This document shows, in pieces, positions 7,245-15,800 of a DNA stretch of 32,000 nt (its first letter is position 1; each line of letters opens with the position of its first letter). Under the pieces are notes generated by a model, which was not told the DNA's origin, searched no databases, and saw only the letters and a program-made list of their open reading frames with translations. This DNA comes from Thermoproteota archaeon (GTDB lineage Archaea > Asgardarchaeota > Njordarchaeia > Njordarchaeales > Panguiarchaeaceae), in the NCBI GenBank assembly GCA_024720975.1, contig JANJXX010000001.1, positions 314,811-346,810 of the forward strand, written 5' to 3'. A program made the position numbers and the translations under genes.

Positions 7245-7793
7245 ATGACAGAAAGAAAGCAGTTTTCAACAGGACTTGTAATCGCTGCTGGTTATGCTAG
7301 CAAGTTAAGGCGCACACTGTTAGCACAAACTAGACACTTAGTGGATCCGAGGGATGCTATACGAATTTCAGCGCTGATAAATCAGCATCTGTTTAATCTC
7401 TTTCGCGAAAAAGGCGTTGATAAACAAGATGCTGTCCGGATACGATTCATATACACTATCAAAGACGGAAAAATAGATATCGACTGGAATTCTTTCACGA
7501 TTGAGCATTACAAGAAAGTACTAACTCTTGAGAAGATTCCACCTCCGGAGCACGGACTAGAGGAAGTTATCAAAAACGTTAGAGAGCTAGAGTGGGATGA
7601 AGATATTTTTAGGAACCTTAAAGTCGAAGGCGAGGAAGTACGAAACGAAGGACGAAAGTGGATTATTAAAGGAAAGAACTGGCTGGCAGAAGCCTATGAG
7701 AAAGAAAAAATAATAATAACCTACACAGGAACTATGGGAGAATTTGGAGATTGGCTGAGAAAAATCCTAGGCTGGAAAGAGGAGGGAGAGTAA
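7245..7793 (+). CDS. hypothetical protein (first gene of an uncharacterised three-gene operon)
   Basis: This is a clean ORF. A GGTGAT SD at 7235-7240 sits 4 nt upstream of ATG 7245 (MTERKQFSTGLVIAAGYASKLRR). I can name no motif with confidence. Confidence 0.6.
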   Translation: MTERKQFSTGLVIAAGYASKLRRTLLAQTRHLVDPRDAIRISALINQHLFNLFREKGVDKQDAVRIRFIYTIKDGKIDIDWNSFTIEHYKKVLTLEKIPPPEHGLEEVIKNVRELEWDEDIFRNLKVEGEEVRNEGRKWIIKGKNWLAEAYEKEKIIITYTGTMGEFGDWLRKILGWKEEGE

Positions 7794-7794
7794 T

Positions 7795-8100
7795 TTGGTA
7801 GAGGAAAAGCAGATCCCCTTAGAGGAGGCTAAGAAACTTGTTCAAGAGGCTTTGGTCAGCACTGGCTTAGTCATTAAAACCTCTGACTATATATACGCTA
7901 TCTACGAAAAAGCACCTGACAAATGGATTAACGTTTCGATAATTCTTGACGAAAAAACTGCGTGGGTTTCCGAAGCGACTACGAAAAAAGCTATTCTTCT
8001 ACTTATTGATGAAGTTAGCAAATCTTTACCTCAATACAAAGATCAATGGAAACCTATCCTAGACGAAGCCGAGCTAGAAGATATATTATCAGAAGTCTAA
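7795..8100 (+). CDS. hypothetical small acidic protein (second gene of the operon)
   Basis: TTG 7795 lies 1 nt after the upstream stop, with GAGGAGGG ~10 nt upstream. The 101-aa sequence looks like an alpha-beta(3-4)-alpha layout by eye. No family is recognised. Confidence 0.5.
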   Translation: MVEEKQIPLEEAKKLVQEALVSTGLVIKTSDYIYAIYEKAPDKWINVSIILDEKTAWVSEATTKKAILLLIDEVSKSLPQYKDQWKPILDEAELEDILSEV

Positions 8101-8191
8101 TTCGATAAAGCTAGTCACACTAACTTATTATTTTTTCAGAAGAAATATTGCCAAAAATTCATAGCTTAATTAAACACGCTGGGACGATAAA

Positions 8192-9157
8192 ATGCATCAT
8201 GTTGGTTCAGACAAGACGCCAATAACTACAATTCGAGAGAAAGCGCTTTATCCGGTCGGTGAATATAAGGTTATATCAGCTGATGTTTTAATGCGATTTC
8301 TTGACACTAAAGAAACCATCGAAGAGCACCTAGCGGGTTTGATTAAAGACATCCTAAAAGAAGCACTAGAACTTTTCTCGAGGATTCCTGCTAAAGAAGG
8401 ATTAACGTTAAATATACCAATGGGGCATCGATATACTAGGTTTATATACGTAGTCGACCCGCAAACGATTTACATACCTTATCACTACCACGATCCAACC
8501 ATCTATGGAATATATCTTAGAGAAAAGAACACCTACGATGATGCAGAGGCGTTTTTAAGGCTTGCATGGAATCTATTACAGGATGATAGATTTCTTGACA
8601 GATTAAAGATTTCAGAAGTTGATCGAAGCTACATAAAAATCTTTACGAAACACCCAGTTCTAGGTCTAAGCACTCTTATAGTGCTATATATCGAGGCTTT
8701 ATACCTCCATGCACTCGCACATCATGTCGTTGAGGATGTATCAACTTTATTCGAGTTCAATAATCTAGGCGAATATTCAATTATCAAAGATTCAAAAGAA
8801 GAAGAAGCATTTTGTGAGTTTGTTATGTACAATTCGATGCATGGTGCACTTGAGCCTAATATTGCATACAAGCTCTTATGCAAAATGCGCGATATTATGA
8901 TAATACCTCCTATTGCGCTGGATGATGCAATGCGCTTTCTCAGGTCACACCGACGCGCTTTTGTAGCTGCCCTCTATATACATAAAAACAAAACTGTCTA
9001 CAAGGACTATCCATTCCTAAAACCAGCCGTAAGCGAAGAGATAGCTAAAAAGATATCTCCTTTATTTAGAAGTTTATGGTATGCTCACGTGCTTGATCAT
9101 GAACCTCTAGAAATTGATGAAAGTGTAAGCAAACGAGTCTTTACAATAAATTTATAA
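8192..9157 (+). CDS. hypothetical protein with degenerate zincin-like motif (HALAH ... EEEAFCEF)
   Basis: The 321-aa ORF contains LYLHALAHHVVED followed ~25 aa later by KEEEAFCEFVMYNSM. This resembles the HExxH...E.EA.xFA pattern of gluzincin/ImmA-IrrE-type peptidases, but the catalytic Glu is replaced by Ala. Confidence 0.5.
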   Translation: MHHVGSDKTPITTIREKALYPVGEYKVISADVLMRFLDTKETIEEHLAGLIKDILKEALELFSRIPAKEGLTLNIPMGHRYTRFIYVVDPQTIYIPYHYHDPTIYGIYLREKNTYDDAEAFLRLAWNLLQDDRFLDRLKISEVDRSYIKIFTKHPVLGLSTLIVLYIEALYLHALAHHVVEDVSTLFEFNNLGEYSIIKDSKEEEAFCEFVMYNSMHGALEPNIAYKLLCKMRDIMIIPPIALDDAMRFLRSHRRAFVAALYIHKNKTVYKDYPFLKPAVSEEIAKKISPLFRSLWYAHVLDHEPLEIDESVSKRVFTINL

Positions 9158-9175
9158 ATCTAGCTAGTGCATTCA

Positions 9176-9181
9176 TTTTTT
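9176..9181 (+). terminator. oligo-T tract, candidate archaeal terminator for the 7.2-9.2 kb operon
   Basis: A T6 run (cattttttatc) lies ~20 nt after the TAA stop at 9155-9157. Confidence 0.3.
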
Positions 9182-9198
9182 ATCGTATTTCTAAGAAA

Positions 9199-10257
9199 CT
9201 ACTCCTGGGTACTGGTCTCTTCTTCTAAATCTTCCTCAGCATCTCTAATGCCATCATAAGCTATTCTAAACACGACTTCGGATTCTGGAAGGTATGGACT
9301 ATCTTCTACGCGTGCGATTCTTTTATCACCTTTAGCTTTACGTAGGTGCAGCCTATGAGTTACATGATGTGCTACTATATGTCCCCCAATAGCTGACATT
9401 TGCGGACCAAAGAAAGCACCAGGATTTGCCATAACTTGATTTGTTACTACAACAGCTAAATTAAATGCCCAGGCTAGTCTAGCTAAATCGTGTATATGAA
9501 CATTAAGTTGCTGCTGACGGATGGCTAGTTGGTCTATTCCTACGTATTCGGATCTAAAAAGTGCGGTAAGGCTATCTACGATTATTAGCCTTATGTTTTC
9601 CTTCTTTATCAACTTGCGAGCAATTTTGGCAACCTCCATTTGCTGGCTAGTGGAGAATACTCTGGCTACTATTATTCTACTCAAAGCATCATCTGGATCA
9701 AGACCAAATCTCTGTGCTATGGGTATTATTCTTTCTGGCCTGAAGGTTCCTTCTGTGTCTATAAAGAGACACTTACCGTTGAGACCCCCCTTCTCCTCCG
9801 GCAGCTGCACAGTGGTTGCAAGTGTAAAGCAAATCTGTGTTTTTCCAACTCTATACTCCCCGTAAAATTCAGTTATTGCTTGTGTTTCTATACCTCCTCC
9901 CAGTAAATCATCAAGGGCTTTTGAACCTGTCGTTAACCTCTTGACATTCTTTCTGATTTGGAGCATGTCTCGAGCACTGATAAAGTCAAGCCCAACGTGT
10001 TCTCTTGCTTGTTGTACGATTTTTTCTGCCAATGCTGGCGATAACTGACACTCTACTTCGAGAATCTTCGGTGGGGTAACTGCAATTATTTCAAGATTAG
10101 TGTATCCTTGAGAAATGAGTTTTTGAGCTGTAGCTTTTCCCACACCCGCGAGAGATGTCAATATTTTCATTGCATCATCTTGCTGTTCTGGTGTTTGTTC
10201 TTTGGGGCTACTTTCTACTGGCTCCGTTTTCCTTTTCTGAGATCCTCTAGAGGACAT
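9199..10257 (-). CDS. radA: DNA repair and recombination protein RadA
   Basis: It has an N-terminal HhH domain (LAGVGKATAQKLISQGY), Walker A GEYRVGKTQ, Walker B RLIIVDS, and the Rad51/RadA core (FIDTEGTFRPERI, VVVTNQV). A ~30-aa charged N-terminal extension and an acidic C-terminal tail are also present. Confidence 0.9.
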   Translation of the reverse strand: MSSRGSQKRKTEPVESSPKEQTPEQQDDAMKILTSLAGVGKATAQKLISQGYTNLEIIAVTPPKILEVECQLSPALAEKIVQQAREHVGLDFISARDMLQIRKNVKRLTTGSKALDDLLGGGIETQAITEFYGEYRVGKTQICFTLATTVQLPEEKGGLNGKCLFIDTEGTFRPERIIPIAQRFGLDPDDALSRIIVARVFSTSQQMEVAKIARKLIKKENIRLIIVDSLTALFRSEYVGIDQLAIRQQQLNVHIHDLARLAWAFNLAVVVTNQVMANPGAFFGPQMSAIGGHIVAHHVTHRLHLRKAKGDKRIARVEDSPYLPESEVVFRIAYDGIRDAEEDLEEETSTQE

Positions 10258-10510
10258 ATTTTTCGCCTATGTTTTATGTTTACTGGTGTCGCTTCACACT
10301 CTAGCACTTAATAGACCAAGCAATAATAAATACAACTTTCAGATATTAAAGTTGAACATTATAATTTGACGCAATGTAGCTTGTCTACCAATCGTGATAA
10401 CTTAAGTGGATTACACATGCTTATGCAACACTACACAGAATTCTTGGTAGCTGTATTGGCTATATCACTCCAAATATATTTTTGTGGAGCTTTTTTTAAC
10501 GGATTTCACT

Positions 10511-10516
10511 AAAAAA
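10511..10516 (-). terminator. oligo-T tract (minus strand) downstream of the peroxiredoxin gene
   Basis: The minus strand reads cttattttttagtg ~30 nt after the stop at 10546. Confidence 0.3.
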
Positions 10517-10545
10517 TAAGAAATAAAGAACGAAAATCAGAACCT

Positions 10546-11244
10546 TTAATCACTTATGTTCTTGAACCAATTTTTGATCCTGCTAACTTCTTCCTTGCTC
10601 ACTTTTCCTTCTTCGTAGCAGAACCACCAATCATAGCATTTGAACTTTGTGGGCCTCTCCTGCGCTTCATTTACAGTCTTTGCTGGAGGCACGATTATAG
10701 AGTCCTTGATTAGCTCATTACTAGGCCAGTTTGCTGGAAAGGCTCTTTTCAGTTCTGTGTTTAATTGAAGTATTCTTAATAGTCTTAATATCTCACTTAT
10801 GTTCCTACCCGCCTCCTGTGGATAATATAAAACAGCTCTAACAATGCCCTCTGGATCAACTATTATCACTGCCCTAACTGTACTAGTAGCACTTTGTGCG
10901 TGGAGGAATCCCAGTTTCTTAGCAACCTCGCCATTTGGATCTGAGATTATTGGGAATGGTATTTCAACACGAAGTTTTTCCTTTATCCACTCGATCCACT
11001 TTATGTGCGCAAATACAGCATCAACGCTATGCCCAAGTAGTTCCGCATTGAGTCTTCTGAATTCTTCAATTTTATTAGCGAACGCTACAAATTCCGTTGT
11101 ACACACCGGTGTAAAATCAGCGGGGTGACTAAATAGTATCAACCATTTGCCACGATAGTCATCTGGTAGTTTCTTAGCTCCATGCGTAGTTTCCACGACA
11201 ATCTCGGGAAACTTCTCTCCGATTAAGGGAATTGTACCAGGCAT
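10546..11244 (-). CDS. peroxiredoxin (archaeal Prx6/thioredoxin-peroxidase type)
   Basis: [14 protein letters not shown] carries the peroxidatic Cys motif, and the C-terminal CYDWWFC pair is typical of archaeal Prx. A perfect GGAGGTGAT SD sits 3 nt upstream of the ATG. Confidence 0.9.
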   Translation of the reverse strand: MPGTIPLIGEKFPEIVVETTHGAKKLPDDYRGKWLILFSHPADFTPVCTTEFVAFANKIEEFRRLNAELLGHSVDAVFAHIKWIEWIKEKLRVEIPFPIISDPNGEVAKKLGFLHAQSATSTVRAVIIVDPEGIVRAVLYYPQEAGRNISEILRLLRILQLNTELKRAFPANWPSNELIKDSIIVPPAKTVNEAQERPTKFKCYDWWFCYEEGKVSKEEVSRIKNWFKNISD

Positions 11245-11247
11245 ACG

Positions 11248-11299
11248 ATCACCTCCGATAATACTGACATATTGATTATCTAACTATTCGATTTATAAA
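11248..11299 (-). promoter_or_regulatory. peroxiredoxin promoter/5' leader: TATA-like TTTATAAA (11292-11299) and SD GGAGGTGAT (11256..11248)
   Basis: The SD is the exact complement of the archaeal 16S 3' end consensus. The TATA-like octamer lies ~50 nt upstream of the ATG. Confidence 0.4.
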
Positions 11300-11416
11300 T
11301 TTAACCAATATATTAAAAATCTGATTTTTTAGGTAAATATTTCGCCGATAATACTAAGAAAAGATAATTCTAGCTTGAAGGAATTGATAGATGTCTTATG
11401 AAGAATACAGCAAATT

Positions 11417-11899
11417 TTAGAAGTACGCTTCATTTTTAATTACATCGGTTATCATAGCTGGATACACATTTATCACTCCTGGAATTTTCTTCATTTCCTC
11501 GTGAATATGCAAAAGCTCCTCTCCACTTCTAGCCCAAATTACTGCTATCAGATTATGATCCCCGGTTGTTACCGCTAAGTATTTTATATAATCCCTTTCT
11601 TTCAGGCTGTTAATAACATCAATTAGATTTTCAGGTCTAACATTTAGACCAGTGTAGCTTACCTTGGAATAGCCAATTTTTATAGGATCCACTATGGCTG
11701 TGTACCTTAGTATAACTCTATTCTCTTCTAATCTTCTTATCCTTTTTGAGATTGCTACGTCGCTCAAACCAACCTGACGCGCAATTTCAGAGCATGATAT
11801 TCTAGCATTTCTAATGAGGTCCTGAATAATCTTCTTATCTATCTCATCAATCATTTTCATCATCAAGCGTGATACTCTATGCAAATCAGTGAATTTCAC
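11417..11899 (-). CDS. Lrp/AsnC family transcriptional regulator
   Basis: An HTH (IIQDLIRNARISCSEIARQVGLSDVAISKRIRRLEE) is followed by a RAM/AsnC_trans_reg-like C-terminal domain. The true start is probably an internal Met (11860 or 11854, MIDEIDKKII). Confidence 0.85.
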   Translation of the reverse strand: MKFTDLHRVSRLMMKMIDEIDKKIIQDLIRNARISCSEIARQVGLSDVAISKRIRRLEENRVILRYTAIVDPIKIGYSKVSYTGLNVRPENLIDVINSLKERDYIKYLAVTTGDHNLIAVIWARSGEELLHIHEEMKKIPGVINVYPAMITDVIKNEAYF

Positions 11900-12259
11900 T
11901 AACAGGATAGAATAAGGATTAGTACTAATTAAGCGAACTTTTTGTACAATTTACCAGTATAACAAAGATACAAAAATAGCAAATCCTAACTACATAGACT
12001 TCAAAGAATTCCCAGCTTTTAAAGATTTAAATCGTTTTTTCAAATTTCTGAAGATCTTCAAGGAAGAAGCAAATCACATATCAGATATAAATCACATCGA
12101 GAGACTGCCCGAAGTGCTTGGAGCTCTTTATTCTTAGGCCTTTCTCTCTGTAGTTAGAATTTTTAAAGCTATAAAAGAAACGCTAGAATCGCAAGAAGTC
12201 TTTATCTTTGAACCGAAAATAACTAGTACGACGATTCATCATTAGACCGCCTGTTATTA

Positions 12260-12676
12260 CTAGATGATCTGTGTTGCTATTTTTGCCACGTTAGGAAAAC
12301 GCGTAGCGGCTTCTTTAGCTATCGGTCCCTTTACTATCGTTCCTTTTGGATTGCCTTCCTCATCTATGATAACAGCAGCATTGTCTTCAAATGCAATCCA
12401 TGTTCCATCTTTTCTTCGGTATGGCTTTTTCTGTCTGATTATAACGGCACGAAACATCTGATGTCTTACTTCTTCGGTCCCAGTTTTTACGACAATTATA
12501 ACAATGTCTCCAACTCCTGCTTTGGGTAGCCTCCTTTTCCTACCTTTATATCCAAGAACCGAAATTACTTGAGCCGTTTTCGCTCCGCTGTTATCGGCAA
12601 CTTCTATCATAGTGTTTGTGATAATACCAGCTGATGTTTTTATCCTAGGCATTTTTACAGCTTTTCTTTTCGGCAA
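12260..12676 (-). CDS. rpl14: 50S ribosomal protein uL14 (L14/L23e)
   Basis: VADNSGAK, FRAVIIRQKKPYRRKDGTWIAFEDNAAVII and GPIAKEAATRFPNVAKIA are nearly colinear with crenarchaeal L14. Confidence 0.92.
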   Translation of the reverse strand: MPKRKAVKMPRIKTSAGIITNTMIEVADNSGAKTAQVISVLGYKGRKRRLPKAGVGDIVIIVVKTGTEEVRHQMFRAVIIRQKKPYRRKDGTWIAFEDNAAVIIDEEGNPKGTIVKGPIAKEAATRFPNVAKIATQII

Positions 12677-12822
12677 AGTAAAACACCAACTTTACTCCTA
12701 GTGTTGTTTGATTTATTTAGTGTTGAACTGAAATTTTGTTAATTTATTAAGGATACAATTATTGTCTATACCTCAACGATGTCTTCTGTGGTTCTGAAGG
12801 ATCATAAGTTGTGGTGATTTTA

Positions 12823-15800
12823 TTGATACCAAAGAGACTTTCGCAGATAATGTTCGGAATACTATCTCCCGATGAGATAATATCGATGTCCGTTGCCTCA
12901 ATAAATACTGCTGAACTGTACAGTATAGATGGTAAACCAATGCGCGGAGGACCTCTGGATCCTAGGCTGGGTCCTGCTACAAATGAATCATGTGAAACGT
13001 GCGGCTTAAAGCGTCGGGACGGATTGTTTGGTTGTGTTGGGCATTTCGGTTATATAGACCTTGCAACACCTATATATCATCTTGCATTTGTTAAGTGGAT
13101 TCAACTGGTTTTAAACGGCATTTGCGAAAGATGCGGGCGACTAACCTTACCTAGCGATGTTCGCGAACGTTTTTGGAAGCGAATGAAAAAATTCTTCGAT
13201 CTCTATGGATATCCGCGAATAGAATTGGCTAAAAAGATTCTGACAAAGGCTGCGGAGTTAAAAGCCTGTCCCTACTGTGGACACCAGAAAAATTTTACAT
13301 TCAAGTTTGATAAGCAAATAATGACATTTGTAAAAATGACTGAGGTCACCGAGGACGAAGCAAAGACATTAGAGCCTAAGGGCGTCAAAATAACGAAGAA
13401 GATGAAAGGAGGAAAGATCCATTACTACTGTGAAAGAAGGTATGAACCAGATGAAATCCGCAGAATACTAGCGTCCATTTACAGTCAATATGAGCATCTT
13501 AACACGCCTGATGCAGAAGAAAGACGCAAGGATCTAATTTTAATGGGATTTCATCCTAGTAGGAGCCGTCCTGAGTGGGCCATTTTGACAGTGCTTCCCG
13601 TACCACCAATAACTATACGACCTCCAGCAATACCATCCTCCGGAGAGCGCCAGGAGGACAAACTAACTTTAATTTTGCGAGATATCATTCGCGAGAATAA
13701 TAGAATAAAAGACAAGCTGGAAGGCGGTCCAAGGAAGATTTTAGAGCAGTACCTTATAAGAATACACCACCTAGTTGCAACATTATTCGGACTGCGAAAG
13801 TATACTAAGATACTCAAAGAGCCAAAGGGAATATTCCATAGGTTACACGGAAAAGAAGGCCTCTTTAGGAAATACCTTAGTGGCAAGCGAGTTGACTTTA
13901 GTGCACGCGCCGTAATCTCCCCGGACACCTACATATCGATAGATGAAGTGGGAATACCACAAAAAGTTGCTATGCGCTTCTTAGTGGCGGAGGTTGTAAA
14001 TAGATATAATATCAATAGACTAAGAGAGCTTGTCAAACGCGGGCCATGGCGCTATCCTGGTGCTGTCTACATTTATAAAAGAGAAACCGATGGAACATAT
14101 ACAAAGATCAGCCTTGAAAATATAAGTCCGGAAATGATTGAACGCCATGCAAATGACCTAGCCCCTGGAGACATCGTTGAGCGCCATTTAGTTGACGGCG
14201 ATATTGTCGTTTTTAATAGACAGCCCACTTTGCATAGGATATCTATGATGGGGCACTATGTTAGAGTGCTACCTTACAACACCTTTCGAATACACGTTCA
14301 GACATGTACTCCCTACAACGCCGATTTCGATGGAGACGAAATGAATCTACACCTGGCACGCTCATATGAGACCCAGGCTGAAGTTTCTACGCTCATGGAG
14401 GTTAAAAAGCACATAATTTCTCCTAGATACGGCGGACCAATAATTGGACCAAAACATGACTATATAACCAGTGCTTTCTTAATGACTAAACCGGACACAT
14501 ATCTCGAAAAAAGTGATGTGTTTCAATTACTATACGCTGCAGGAATAACAGAACCTATACCTCCATCTAAAGTTGAAAACGGAAAAGAACTTTGGGCCGG
14601 TAAGGACATTTTCTCTGCAATAATTCCACCTGGAATATTTTACAAAGGTAAAATCAAAGGCCGCGTCCTAGGGGTTGAAAAGGACCTTTTGATAGAAATA
14701 CGCGATGGAAAGATCGTACAGGGATTCATTGATAAAAACTCCATTGGTGCCGAAAAACCCGAGAACCTTATACAGAAAATCGTAGAAAGATATAATTTTG
14801 AGGAAGCCAAGAAGTTTCTCAATAACCTCTCAGCACTTTTGCTAAGATACATAACCGACAGAGGATTCAGTATAACACTGTGGGATATCAATGTTCCCGA
14901 AAGCGCTAGAAAAGAGATTAAAACTTTGCTCGATAAGTACATGAAAGAGGCAAACGATTTAGTAAACAAATACTTGGAAGGAAAGCTTGAACCTGAACCC
15001 GGTTTAAGTCAAAGAGAAACACTTGAGGAGAAAATTATAAGATTATTTGAGGACGCTAGAGGCAAAGCTGGGGAGATTATCACTAAGCATATGCCATCAG
15101 ATAGCCAATTCATGATAATGACACTCACAGGCGCGCGCGGTGGCGATGTCAATATACAGCAGGTGCTTGCCACATTGGGTCCAATGCTCGTTAGAGGAAA
15201 GAGATTGCAAAGAGGATATAGCAACAGAACACTGTCAAGTTTCAAGAAAGGTGAAATAGGCCCCTTATCCGGAGGCATTGTCCTTAGAAGCTTCGTTGAA
15301 GGTCTTGATCCGATAGGATTCTTTTTCCACAACGCTGCTGGCCGAGATTCGCTAGTTGACACGGCAATAAGAACAGCTGACTCTGGTTACTTTTACAGAA
15401 GATTGGTTAATGCACTGCAAGACATTAGAATTGAATACGACCTAAGTGCTAGGACGATTGATGGAAAAATTATACAATTCAAATATGGCGGAGACGGAAT
15501 CCACGTTGTAAAGTCCTATCATGGTAAATTAACAGATGTGGAAGCGCTGCTTGACGAGATAATACTGAAAAGAGAGAAAGACAAGAGAGAAATTGAAGTC
15601 TATAGCAGAGAGTGGCCGAGTTATTATAATAGCCTCATAGAAAACGTACATAAAAGAATATCTAAAGCTACTGCCAAAGATTTAGAAGATGCATTAAAGA
15701 ACTTTCTCGACAAGGGAATAGTATTCTCTGAAGACGAGATTGAATACATTTTCAAGAGATTGTTAGATCGCTACATCAAGGCAATTGCTGATCCTGGAGA

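Noticed and set aside
12049-12060. Perfect 12-bp palindrome TGAAGATCTTCA in the 360-bp gap upstream of the Lrp gene
   Set aside because: A 12-bp perfect palindrome is expected roughly 8 times by chance in 32 kb (32000 x 4^-6). It lies ~150 bp from the lrp start and has no second copy, so that is not enough to call an operator.
12235-12243. C-box-like AATGATGAA on the minus strand just downstream of the rpl14 stop (possible C/D box sRNA)
   Set aside because: No CTGA D box or D'/C' boxes occur in the following ~70 nt on that strand, so the C/D architecture is not supported.
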